From positions 4,416,001 through 4,480,000 of the forward strand of contig OZ220744.1 in NCBI GenBank assembly GCA_965116925.1: 64,000 nt of DNA, written 5' to 3'. The position numbers were made by a program, and so were the translations under genes. The notes under the pieces were generated by a model. That model was not told where the DNA came from, ran no database searches, and saw nothing but the letters and a program-made list of their open reading frames with translations. Source of the stretch: Candidatus Poribacteria bacterium. Its GTDB lineage: Bacteria > Poribacteria > WGA-4E > PCPOR2b. Of the stretch, positions 9,997-19,275 are shown piece by piece (positions within the stretch are counted from its first letter, which is position 1; the number at the start of each line of letters is the position of its first letter).

Positions 9997-10377
9997 ATGA
10001 GCGATTCCAGAATTAAGGTGGGAAAGATCGGCGAAGCCCTTGCCATCGAACACTTCAAAGCGCGAGGGTATCAAATTCGCGCTCAGAACTATCGCACGCG
10101 TTCAGGTGAGATTGACCTTATCGTTCAACGCGGAAAACGGGTTGTGTTCGTTGAAGTCAAGACGCGGCGGAGCAGCAAATTCGGCATACCACAAGCGGCT
10201 GTTACCCCCACCAAACAGAGGCAAATCTCTAAGATTGCGCTGAGTTATCTGCAAACGCACAAGCTCTTAGATGTCCCCTGCCAATTCGACGTTGTTGCAA
10301 TTGTCCTGTCTTGGAATTTTGAGCTAATCAAACTTCAGCACATTGAAAATGCGTTTGCGTTCTGTGCTGATGGATGA
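9997..10377 (+). CDS. YraN/UPF0102 family putative endonuclease
   Basis: GEALA, GEIDLI, FVEVKTR, FDVVAI. Confidence 0.92.
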   Translation: MSDSRIKVGKIGEALAIEHFKARGYQIRAQNYRTRSGEIDLIVQRGKRVVFVEVKTRRSSKFGIPQAAVTPTKQRQISKIALSYLQTHKLLDVPCQFDVVAIVLSWNFELIKLQHIENAFAFCADG

Positions 10378-10400
10378 TGAACCCTAACAATTTCGGAAAC

Positions 10401-11261
10401 CTATTTCGTGCCTAAACTGGATAGTATATTCCGAAGGTAAACGGCATCCTCTTCCGCCCACTGCTCCAGATTCGGCGGGGTGGTCTCCGCATATCCTACC
10501 TGACGAATAATCGATTCATCGAAGCGGTACTCCGTATGCACCGTTAGGGGACCATCAAAGCCGCTTTCGCACAGAAGCCCCAAATAACGCCCCCAATCGA
10601 CACCCCCGTCTCCCATTTTTACGAAACAGGGAACATAAGGGGGAGTATGATCCGGCTGCGAGAGGTAGAGGGCATCTTTAATTCCGACAACGGACAGATA
10701 ATCTCCGATCATCGCCAACCCCATTGCCCAATCCTCACCATCAAGAAGAAGGTGACCGGGATCGGGATAGGCACCGACGTGCTGCGGATCAAAACCTCTA
10801 ATGAGGTGCATCAGTCCTGCACAGTTTGATCCAATACAGGCTCCGCTATGAATCTGATAGCAGGTTTGTACCCCATATTTCTCACTAAACGCGCTAAACC
10901 CCTCAAGTTCCCTACGCGCAGCATCAATCACCTGCCAATAATCGTCTCCCTCGTTAAACCGCCAGAATCCGATTTTGAGGCGCGGGATGCCCGCTTCTGC
11001 ACACGCAGCGTATAGCCCCTCCACCTCTGGCGCATTCGGATTTGTTATATCCGTCGCTGCTGTAGCCAATGGACAGGTGAGGTTTTGCCCACCCCAGACC
11101 TTCATCGCTTTGGGGAGTTCTTTAATTACGTTGTCAACGTGGATAGGGTGTCCCGGACGGACACAGATATCCACCCCATCGTAGCCGAGTTCAATAGTTT
11201 TCTCACCAAGTTGTTCGACAGATAGCTCCGTAAAGAATTTAGAATTGAGTACGATTTCCAT
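10401..11261 (-). CDS. Sugar phosphate isomerase/epimerase (xylose-isomerase-like TIM barrel)
   Basis: GYDGVDI, DPGH, IKDA, GDGGVDW, GFDGPLTVHTE. Confidence 0.8.
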   Translation of the reverse strand: MEIVLNSKFFTELSVEQLGEKTIELGYDGVDICVRPGHPIHVDNVIKELPKAMKVWGGQNLTCPLATAATDITNPNAPEVEGLYAACAEAGIPRLKIGFWRFNEGDDYWQVIDAARRELEGFSAFSEKYGVQTCYQIHSGACIGSNCAGLMHLIRGFDPQHVGAYPDPGHLLLDGEDWAMGLAMIGDYLSVVGIKDALYLSQPDHTPPYVPCFVKMGDGGVDWGRYLGLLCESGFDGPLTVHTEYRFDESIIRQVGYAETTPPNLEQWAEEDAVYLRNILSSLGTK

Positions 11262-11331
11262 TTAGACTTCCTCCTGACCGAGGTATTGAAGATTCATTCG
11301 TTTTCGGTTAGACCTAATGTGCTTTGCCCTT

Positions 11332-11396
11332 CGCTCCAGAGGAGCGATATATCTATAGAACGTTGATAGGTCCGATACCTGCGCTCCAGAGGAGCG
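11332..11396. repeat. REP doublet CGCTCCAGAGGAGCG x2 (50-bp period)
   Basis: Copies at 11332-11346 and 11382-11396; related to the doublet at 17861-17932. Confidence 0.8.
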
Positions 11397-11451
11397 CAAT
11401 ATATATGTATAGCAGCTGTCAGCGGATTGGATTTCTATGATCTAAGTCGAT

Positions 11452-13026
11452 CTAATCGTGGTTGAAATGCTTGCCCGGAAGATACTTAATTTCTAACTCA
11501 ACATCGCGGACGTAACACTGAGGGGTTACATCAGGATCGCGTTCTAGTAGCATAACTTCAAGGACGTTGTTCCCTTTTTGGGGCCAGTGGCTTGGGTTAA
11601 GCCGGTAGATGAACCAGTAGCCTGAACCGGTGCGGTAACGCGGTGCCCGCATCCGGTACATCTCGTTGATTTTGCACAGCAGATGGGTCGGTAACTCCAC
11701 ACCGTTGAGTTGAAAGCGCAGCTGGTCGTTTTCGGTGGTGTTCATGATTCGCACGCGCAGGAGAACCTCGTGGACTCTGCCCACCTGCTCCCACCGAGGA
11801 AGGTCATCGCTGATTGTCAGTGCCAACTGGACGGGTACGTTTACCTCTAAGTCGGCAGGCAGTTGCGATGTGAGTTCCGGACTCGAAAAGCGACCGGCTA
11901 CTGTGGGGATATGATAGAATTTATCCTTGGGTGCCATAATATCCGGATGTGGCAACTCTCGGAGTTTTTCGTAGAACGAAGCCTCATAGGGCCAATTTGT
12001 GAACCACTGACTGATGTAGAGTCCATCAATGCCTTGTGCCCAGTAATTACAAGCCGCGGCGCGGATCATTTCAATTGACGCTTCACCCAAACGGTCAGAG
12101 TCTACATTGCTATCAATAGCAGCATGGATGCGGCACTCTGTCCCTTTGGCAGACTCCACCAAGAAACGGAGGTCATCAAGGAGGGGTGCTTCATAGGTCA
12201 GGGAAGTGCCGTTGGGATCGCGCAGCTCAGGTCTTGCAAGTGCTTGGGCGATGAGAACATCCACGATGCCTTGCTGCATCCATTCCTGTGGGTCCAACCC
12301 GCGAGACAAACAGGTCTCGACATTCGATGGGATGCTGATTGCCAATTCCCGCTCGGAGCCACTCTCCTTTACTGTTGCATAGACCTTTTTAATCCACTCG
12401 GTCATGATTTGACGACCCTCCTCCACTTCATCTGGGTGGAAGTAGTGGGGCCAGAAATTGAATTGGAGCTCGAATCCATCGACTTCATAGTTGGTCAGCA
12501 CCTCTGAGATGAGCGCGAATCGTTCATCACGGACAGCTTGGTGCATGAAATCGGCGCAGTGGATACCGGGGAAATCAGGGTCTATGTTACCCGTCGCGCC
12601 AATCTCCAGATGCTTATTATCCAATCGAAAATCCGAGCTGCGAATATCGTACCCCGGTCCCCCTCGCTCGCCGCTCTCTAGCTGCATCAGCAGGGTGGGA
12701 TAGAACAGTAATCCCACATCGTGGGCACGGTCACAGATTATCCGCAAAGGATCGTTACCTTCTTGGATTAAGTGCAGCGCGTTTTGGTATGTCCGACGAA
12801 AGATGAGATGGTTCCATTTTTGGACATTGTGCCCCCATAGCTCACCGACCTCCGTATCATGTAGGACTGTTCGCCCGTCCCCCAAGCAGAACATCAGTGC
12901 CTCAACGGGAGTGCCAGCTAGCTCATCAACTGCTGCCTCGCACTCCTCTTTCTGCATCGCAGGCTCGTACATGTAAAGAAGCGGATGCCGTCCATCGTGG
13001 TAGAACATGATGCGTGGTTTTTGCAT
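11452..13026 (-). CDS. Putative glycoside-hydrolase-like TIM-barrel protein (GHL10-like) with C-terminal beta domain
   Basis: DF.HQAVRD, YEVDGFELQF, GLDPQEW..VDVL, GIDGLY. Confidence 0.55.
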   Translation of the reverse strand: MQKPRIMFYHDGRHPLLYMYEPAMQKEECEAAVDELAGTPVEALMFCLGDGRTVLHDTEVGELWGHNVQKWNHLIFRRTYQNALHLIQEGNDPLRIICDRAHDVGLLFYPTLLMQLESGERGGPGYDIRSSDFRLDNKHLEIGATGNIDPDFPGIHCADFMHQAVRDERFALISEVLTNYEVDGFELQFNFWPHYFHPDEVEEGRQIMTEWIKKVYATVKESGSERELAISIPSNVETCLSRGLDPQEWMQQGIVDVLIAQALARPELRDPNGTSLTYEAPLLDDLRFLVESAKGTECRIHAAIDSNVDSDRLGEASIEMIRAAACNYWAQGIDGLYISQWFTNWPYEASFYEKLRELPHPDIMAPKDKFYHIPTVAGRFSSPELTSQLPADLEVNVPVQLALTISDDLPRWEQVGRVHEVLLRVRIMNTTENDQLRFQLNGVELPTHLLCKINEMYRMRAPRYRTGSGYWFIYRLNPSHWPQKGNNVLEVMLLERDPDVTPQCYVRDVELEIKYLPGKHFNHD

Positions 13027-13459
13027 GGCGGATTCCTTTGTTTGAGATAACTGATTTTGGGGTCATGATTATGGATTCCTATTTTGCCACGAGATTCTTC
13101 TGAAAGTCAAGAAGATACTCGTATCAGATTAGAGGAATTGTATCTATATTGTCTGAATCGCGGATTCGGCGGATTGAACGGATTACACGGATAAAAGACT
13201 GCTTCGACAACCCCGATAAATCGGGCTGCAAAGCCATCTGAATCACAACTTAAACTGATGATATTATTTCGGCAGTTGGGTTTATGAGCACCCCTCAAAT
13301 GAATAGCCCTATGTATCACTTTCTTTTAGGTTCTCTTTTCTGACTGATTCTTGCTATAATTTACTTTACTGTTGGTGGAAGACAAGGTGGAATCAAATTT
13401 GAAGGAATACAGCACTATTGGTGAGGATGTTAAATTACATGGGTGAAAGGAGTGTTATC

Positions 13460-14866
13460 ATGATCGATCAGCAGTACCTTCTCAATGACGAAGGGGTACA
13501 GAACTTCATTAAGAATGGGTATATCACAGTCCATCCTGATTTACCCGACCTCCATGAAGAAATCTACCGAGAGACTGCAGCAATCTTTGAGAAAGAGGGA
13601 GATCCGCGGAATCATATCCTTCAAAAAGTTCCTGCGCTGCATCAGGTTTTTGCCCATCCGACTGTTCGGGGTGTCTTGACTAGTCTTCTGGGACCGAATT
13701 ACATGATGCACCCACACCGTCACGCACATATGAAGCAGCCGGGACAAAAGGGCGGTGCTTGGCATCAGGACGGTAGATCGAAACATTTCACGACGAAGGA
13801 TCATGGATGGCTTTTTGAATGGAGGCGACACCATCGGTTTCGGTCTGTTTGGGCATGGTATTATCCGCAGGAGGTCACTGAGGATATGGGACCGACGGCG
13901 GTTATACCGGGGGTGCAGTACTACGATTTGGAAAGTATGCGGCACTACAACAATGCCTACAGCGATCCGGAGATTGGTGCGCTGCTTTGTGGAAAGGCGG
14001 GCACGATAACGATTGGTCATTACCATCAGTGGCACAGCAGTTGGGGAACGAATCACAGCAACAAGAATCGGTACATGATCAAGTTTCTCCTCACCCGCAC
14101 GGAAGAGCCGCAACAGCCCTCTTGGAATGCAAATGGCATTACCTCAACAGTGGTCAGCGAAGCACCGACGCCCGGTCAGGAAGCGGTGTGGAACCATGTA
14201 TGGGGTTGGTTAAATGGAGGGGATGACGCGATGGCAAGAAATGGGGGCAGGAATGGCAATCACATCTCTGAGTTGACTGGTATGTTGCGTGATGCCTCTG
14301 CGCCCGTTCGTCTGAACGCCGTTTATGCCCTCGGTGCGGTTGGTGAGTCTGCGGTCGATCCGCTGATAGAAACACTACGGGGGGCTGCTGAACCCGTTGA
14401 GATTACGGAGGAGCCTATCCTGACCCACGCAGCGTATGCCTTGAGCGCAATCGGGGCAGCCGCTGTTCCTGGACTAACTTCTGTGTTGAACAGCGATACG
14501 GCGTGGTGGGTACGTGCGACCGCAGCGGATACCTTAGGAGACATCGGTCAACCGGCTGCGGAGGCGGTTCCCACGTTGATTCAGGCTCTCAATGATCCGT
14601 CCGAGTGGGTCCGTCGCAATGCGGTGAATGCACTAGGGACTATTGGTGAAGGGACAGAGGCGTTGATAACGGCTTTGAAGGATGACCATCCGTTGGTTCG
14701 CTGCAATGCGGTGAATGCGTTAGCTCGGAGGTGTAAAGGGACCGATGAAAGCATTGACGCCGCTAGCCGTGCATTATCAACGGTGATGTATGACGACGAG
14801 TACGCTATCATCCGCGAGTACGCGATTGCTGCGTTAGAAGAGATAGATTCACACGTTCGCAATTAA
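13460..14866 (+). CDS. Phytanoyl-CoA dioxygenase-family domain fused to HEAT/PBS-lyase repeats
   Basis: WHQD (HxD), GPTAVIPG, distal His; repeated VR..A..ALG; AAAGGAG RBS. Confidence 0.85.
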   Translation: MIDQQYLLNDEGVQNFIKNGYITVHPDLPDLHEEIYRETAAIFEKEGDPRNHILQKVPALHQVFAHPTVRGVLTSLLGPNYMMHPHRHAHMKQPGQKGGAWHQDGRSKHFTTKDHGWLFEWRRHHRFRSVWAWYYPQEVTEDMGPTAVIPGVQYYDLESMRHYNNAYSDPEIGALLCGKAGTITIGHYHQWHSSWGTNHSNKNRYMIKFLLTRTEEPQQPSWNANGITSTVVSEAPTPGQEAVWNHVWGWLNGGDDAMARNGGRNGNHISELTGMLRDASAPVRLNAVYALGAVGESAVDPLIETLRGAAEPVEITEEPILTHAAYALSAIGAAAVPGLTSVLNSDTAWWVRATAADTLGDIGQPAAEAVPTLIQALNDPSEWVRRNAVNALGTIGEGTEALITALKDDHPLVRCNAVNALARRCKGTDESIDAASRALSTVMYDDEYAIIREYAIAALEEIDSHVRN

Positions 14867-15447
14867 TCATTTTCTAAGAGACCACCGGCGTCCAGTACGC
14901 GCCAGAAGGTGTAGTCCGCGTGGTGGACAATTGTGTTCTCCAAGCTGCGGACGACTAACTCGCCCTCACCCGAATGTGCACCCGCTGTATGTGCGACGGC
15001 TTCAGGAAGCCCGACGGTCAAGCAGACGTGGACACCGTAGCCCGGATGCCGAATTGATGGGAACCCGGCAGCCCCCGGTGATTCTCGCCAGCGGGCTTGG
15101 TTTTCTGGATCAAATTCCCACGGCTTGCCCACATCGTGGCACAACGCACAGGCAATCAGGAGGTCCCGATCCACTTCAAGTTCAGGAAACATCGCCGTCA
15201 GTTCGTCGTAGGTTCGCATTGCAAGCAGTGTGACCCCGCGGATATGGTGGGTCTGTGTCCCTCGCTTGAGCGGTGGTGTGTCTGGATTGCCCGATGCACG
15301 AATTTCGTCGATGGATTTGAATGAGCTTTTTCCTAGGGAGTAAGCCCACGCATCAATAACCTGATTCCGCAATGTTTCGTCGCCGATCTCGTTCACTTCG
15401 GGCAACGAGCGGATGACCGATTGTCGTAACTCTTCGGAAATTTGCAT
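14863..15447 (-). CDS. HD-domain metal-dependent phosphohydrolase
   Basis: DLLIACALCHDVGK, RH.GYG, AH, HHAD. Confidence 0.85.
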   Translation of the reverse strand: MQISEELRQSVIRSLPEVNEIGDETLRNQVIDAWAYSLGKSSFKSIDEIRASGNPDTPPLKRGTQTHHIRGVTLLAMRTYDELTAMFPELEVDRDLLIACALCHDVGKPWEFDPENQARWRESPGAAGFPSIRHPGYGVHVCLTVGLPEAVAHTAGAHSGEGELVVRSLENTIVHHADYTFWRVLDAGGLLEND

Positions 15448-15534
15448 AGTTTTCTCCTATAGAAGTCGTTAGATTCTGTTGACATTTCATCCCAATCAGA
15501 TAGTCGCGAGGTGTGTACAGATACATGGTCCTTC

Positions 15535-15647
15535 GTAGGGGTTGGATTTCCCAACCCTTTTCCGAAATCGACGTTTCGGTGTCGAGATATGAATCCCGAC
15601 CTACAGTCAATTGCATTAGTCAATGGGCGAGGGGACCTCGCCCCTAC
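15535..15647. repeat. Mosaic of three different GTAG-type REP palindromes
   Basis: GTAGGGGTTGGATTTCCCAACCC; GTCGAGATATGAATCCCGACCTAC; GGGCGAGGGGACCTCGCCCCTAC. Confidence 0.8.
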
Positions 15648-15665
15648 GATTATGGACATTTTTAC

Positions 15666-17300
15666 TCAAAACATGGAAAAGTCGATTTCCTTTGCTGTGA
15701 TAAATTCCAATAAGGTTGGAACCCCTTCCTCTGTTTTCTGGATTCCGCGTTTGATGGCAGGTATAATCTGGTCAGGGGTTTCCACCCGCTCACCGTAGCC
15801 ACCGAATGCCTTTGCCATGTCAGCGTAGTTTCCGGATATATCTGTGCTGCGGTATTTCTCAGTGGAAAGCTGCATAATCGGCAATTCAATTGCCATGGAG
15901 AAGTTGTTGAACAGGACTGACAGGATGGGGATACCCGCTCTGACAGCGGTCTCGAAATCCATGCCGGTGAAACCGATGGCAGCATCCCCCCAGATGTTGA
16001 CGCACAGCTTGTTTGGCTCCGCCAACTTCGCGCCCATCATCAGTCCAAGTCCATATCCCAGTTGCGTGGTTTTGCCCCAGCCGATATAGGAGAGCGGCGT
16101 GGTCGATTCCCAGAAGGGTGAAAGTTGGTCGCGCGGACTTCCGGCGTCGTGGGTGATGATGGTGTTTGCCACATCCACAGTGGCCATCAGATCCCGAATT
16201 ACCCGGTAGGGGGAGAGGGGAACCTCGTCAGAGGTTAGTTTGGGATTCCACTGTGATAGCCATTCCTGCCTGACCGTTTGAATCTCCTGTGTCACACTTT
16301 CACGGCGGCCTCGTGGGGTGCCGTTTAGACGCCCGCGAATTTCATCGACTAACGCCTCCAGTGTCAGTCGAGCGTCCCCAATCAAAGCATGTTCCACGGC
16401 TACATCTTTGTTGAGATCCGCCGCATCCAACGTGGCATGAATAATTGTTTTGCCTTTTGGTATGGTTGGTGCGTAGTTGGTGATGCTGAAGCTGCACCCA
16501 ATCCCGAAAATGACATCTGCATTTTGCAGGAAGTGGTGCACAGGTTTCGGCAGGGATCGACCACCGGAGCCGAGGGACAGGGGATGGTTTTCAGGGAAAG
16601 CACTCTTGCCGCCGAGACTGGTGGTCGTGGGTGCCTCCAAGAGCTCCGCGAGTTCTCTTAAAGCGTCCCACCCTTTGGCGTAGTGGACACCTTGACCTGC
16701 GTATAGCACGGGTCGTTCCGCCTCCAGCAAGACGCTGGCAATCTTTGGAATCTCATTCGGGTCTGGTGCGGTGCCCGAAACCGGGGCGGGTTGGTAGTTC
16801 AAGGGTTCAGACAGTTCCTCCGGTAATACATCGTTGGGAAATTCCACCAACGCCGGACGCGGTCTGCCGTTCTTTACCTGAGTAAAGGCGCGTCTCAGGG
16901 CATCGGGTGCTGCCTGCGGTAGGATGACCTGCTCGCAGGACTTGGTAACATTCTGGAAGTTGAGGAAGGAATTGAAGTTGGGAGGAACATTGGTCAAGGA
17001 ACGCGAATAGCCCATTGGCAATACCACGATTGGCACTGAGTCGCCATAAGCCTGCGCGACGCCACCGAAGGCGTTTTCCGAGCCGGGACCGCTCTGCATA
17101 CAAAACACCCCGATCCGTTCGCCGGACGATACACGACTAAACGCATCTGCCATGTGAAGCCCGATACGTTCTTGACGGACGATGATTGGGCGGATTCCTA
17201 CGGCGGCAGCGGCATCGATGATTGGATTGACCGGATAGGCAAATAGGTATTCCACACCTTCTGCCTTCAAAATGTGAGCAACAGCATCAGCAACTTTCAT
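15666..17300 (-). CDS. Thiamine-pyrophosphate-dependent enzyme (acetolactate-synthase-like superfamily)
   Basis: VRQER..MAD, GDAA..N TPP motif; true start MKVADAV at 17300 (the ORF-track extension runs through an insertion). Confidence 0.9.
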   Translation of the reverse strand: MKVADAVAHILKAEGVEYLFAYPVNPIIDAAAAVGIRPIIVRQERIGLHMADAFSRVSSGERIGVFCMQSGPGSENAFGGVAQAYGDSVPIVVLPMGYSRSLTNVPPNFNSFLNFQNVTKSCEQVILPQAAPDALRRAFTQVKNGRPRPALVEFPNDVLPEELSEPLNYQPAPVSGTAPDPNEIPKIASVLLEAERPVLYAGQGVHYAKGWDALRELAELLEAPTTTSLGGKSAFPENHPLSLGSGGRSLPKPVHHFLQNADVIFGIGCSFSITNYAPTIPKGKTIIHATLDAADLNKDVAVEHALIGDARLTLEALVDEIRGRLNGTPRGRRESVTQEIQTVRQEWLSQWNPKLTSDEVPLSPYRVIRDLMATVDVANTIITHDAGSPRDQLSPFWESTTPLSYIGWGKTTQLGYGLGLMMGAKLAEPNKLCVNIWGDAAIGFTGMDFETAVRAGIPILSVLFNNFSMAIELPIMQLSTEKYRSTDISGNYADMAKAFGGYGERVETPDQIIPAIKRGIQKTEEGVPTLLEFITAKEIDFSMF

Positions 17301-17692
17301 CAAATCTTCGCAGTGGAGACCCCGTTCTTTAGAGCGGGGAGGAAACTGCGCTCCTTTTTTGTTGTTTTTGGAATCTACCTTACACTTTTTAGGTAGATTT
17401 GTGAGAGAATAATGCTCGTAACTCGATGACTTAGGAGAAACGCTCGTTTTTCGCTGCCCTCTCCCTTCGATGGGAAAGGTAAAATTGCGTAGGCAAAGCC
17501 TACCAAGCAGTATGTCTGAGGTTTCACCCGGAAGTCGAAACAATTTCGTCACCGACGGATTGCAACGGCTTCTAAACGGTTGCTGCGACCGTGCGGTGGC
17601 GGGTGTGTAAAGTTACGAGCCAAGACCGCGTATCCCAATAAGACCCGTTGGACGGACAAACAAGCCCCCTCCTTCAGGGCGGGGTAGCTGAC
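17301..17692 (+). mobile_element. Non-autonomous IS200/IS605-type element without a recognisable protein gene
   Basis: Target TTCAT, guide GAGA and hairpin CCCCGTTCT-TT-AGAGCGGGG at left; guide CAAG, hairpin GCCCC..GGGGT and terminal TGAC at right; removal restores AAGGAGACTTT-ATG. Confidence 0.85.
17414..17692 (+). ncRNA. Candidate large structured RNA (omegaRNA-like) inside the element
   Basis: Nested pairings GCTCGTAACT/AGTTACGAGC, CACCCG/CGGGTG, GTCACCG/CGGTGGC, ACGG/CCGT, GCAAC/GTTGC, GTAGGC/GCCTAC. Confidence 0.5.
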
Positions 17693-17761
17693 AAAGTCTC
17701 CTTATTTTCAAAATGGGTTTATTTTAGAGAATTATACAATTCTAGTTTGAATACTAACCTT

Positions 17762-17996
17762 TGGTGCTAGTTTAGTGAGAAAGTTTTTTTCACATTGTTC
17801 AAGTCACTTTGGATCCCAATTTATCGGGGAGTCGGTTGGTTGATTCATTCTTTCGGATACACATGTCGCCCCGCTGGGGCTTTAGGGTATTTGTTTATCC
17901 GTATACTATAAACATGTCGCCCCGCTGGGGCTAAATAAACCTAATGAATCGACAGTTTTCACGTTTCACGTTATCAACAGCTGCAAACTAGCACCA
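17762..17996. mobile_element. 235-bp MITE-like unit with 12-bp terminal inverted repeats enclosing a REP doublet
   Basis: TGGTGCTAGTTT...AAACTAGCACCA; ACATGTCGCCCCGCTGGGGCT at 17861 and 17912. Confidence 0.7.
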
Positions 17997-18003
17997 TTGA
18001 TCA

Positions 18004-19275
18004 TTAAGTCCCCTTGATTTTTCCGCTCGCGTTGGGCAAGGGAGACTGTGGATGCATCGCTCGCGCCCTCGCCCGGAAGTCTAGCCCTTTTTGACCCAAT
18101 GCTTGCAATTCCTCTGGGCTGCCGTCAAACCATTCCTTTAGGCGGCGGCGGGCGATGTGGACGTGCAACACCTCGTCTGCCCAATCGAAGTCTTGAAGGG
18201 TTGTCATCAGGGGATGACGAGCGGCATCGCGGCAGAACTCGAACTCTTCGCGCTTGCCGGGTGGATATTTCATGAGACCGGCTTCGACGCCGAAGAGCAT
18301 GGCGTATAACTCCAGAGGATCCATCTTGAAGAGATAGGCAGACTCCCAATCGCGGATCGGCATCGCAGAACGCTCATCGAAAATATCTTCTGCCGCTGCC
18401 TCACCGAAGACGGAATGGCGCATCTCATCCCAGAGGTGACGGGAAATATCGGCGTAAAATTCCCACGGATGCCCTTTCATTTCGTACAGCACAAATCCCA
18501 ACGCTTCGGCAATCGTGGTTTCTCCGAGGCGGGTCGCAATCATCTGCATCAATCGCTCTTCTACCCGCTCATTGTCAACATGGATAATATCCCAAACACG
18601 CGGAAAGGTATCATCACGGGTGAGTTGTTTCGGAATCAGATATGGGGTAGTCGCTCGAACGGATTTCAGCGCATTAAGATTCACTTCGCCTGTGCCATCA
18701 ATGCCTCCGGCAGCTGCAAGCAGGTTATGAAGTGTCTCGCTCCAAGTCTCCGCTTCTGCTTCTTTTTTCGACGTATCAACGACATCGTGGTAGGCGGTTT
18801 CTAGCAGACCCAAGCCTTCCTCTACTTCGGCGATGACGGTTTTCAGGATACGCACAGTGGGATAGTCAGCCAAACCGTTGGTTTCGCCGACATACCTTTG
18901 GTATGCCTCCAGAAGCGCGGGTTTGAACACTTTTGCCAGTGCTGCCAGCAGTTCGACACTGTTTGCCGTATACATCGCTTCATCGAACACGATTTGCAAG
19001 GACGCATCGGGTGCTTGATACGCTTTTTTCTTAGAGACGCGCAGTTCAGGCAGTCGGGCTTTGAACTGAGACGCGTGCTGCGAGTTTTCATACTGAAGTC
19101 TTGCTAACAACACCTTGACATCTCGCTCCGGTGTGCTGATGATGTGGGCCGCTTGTAGAAACATCAATCGTTCTGCCGCGTAGGCGAATCGATGGATTCG
19201 GGCGGCGCATTGATCGACGCTGAGTCCACCCTGTGTTGCATTGTGCAAGCCAGCGTATTGATAAGTTTGATTCAT
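18004..19275 (-). CDS. Ferritin-like diiron-carboxylate protein (DUF455-like)
   Basis: WDEMRH and ADEVLH ExxH motifs, degenerate ENSQH; ATGA overlap with ribokinase. Confidence 0.65.
   Translation of the reverse strand: MNQTYQYAGLHNATQGGLSVDQCAARIHRFAYAAERLMFLQAAHIISTPERDVKVLLARLQYENSQHASQFKARLPELRVSKKKAYQAPDASLQIVFDEAMYTANSVELLAALAKVFKPALLEAYQRYVGETNGLADYPTVRILKTVIAEVEEGLGLLETAYHDVVDTSKKEAEAETWSETLHNLLAAAGGIDGTGEVNLNALKSVRATTPYLIPKQLTRDDTFPRVWDIIHVDNERVEERLMQMIATRLGETTIAEALGFVLYEMKGHPWEFYADISRHLWDEMRHSVFGEAAAEDIFDERSAMPIRDWESAYLFKMDPLELYAMLFGVEAGLMKYPPGKREEFEFCRDAARHPLMTTLQDFDWADEVLHVHIARRRLKEWFDGSPEELQALGQKGLDFRARARAMHPQSPLPNASGKIKGT

Noticed and set aside
17301..17552. 84-residue N-terminal extension of the TPP enzyme in the ORF track
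   Set aside because: Lies wholly within the inserted element; family-like sequence starts at MKVADAV
17470..17610. 46-codon + strand ORF inside the mini-element
   Set aside because: No suitably spaced RBS, no TnpB C-terminal motif, and it overlaps the predicted stems
17301..17692. Group I intron (IStron), hammerhead ribozyme or canonical HEARO/IscB RNA
   Set aside because: No P7 R/S motifs; CTCGATGA..GAAAC lacks proper hammerhead stems; the minus strand lacks the GTTGACCAG partner typical of IscB RNAs
17861..17932. Two 21-bp direct repeats with a 30-bp spacer as a mini CRISPR array
   Set aside because: Only two units, no cas genes, and the same family as the doublet at 11332-11396
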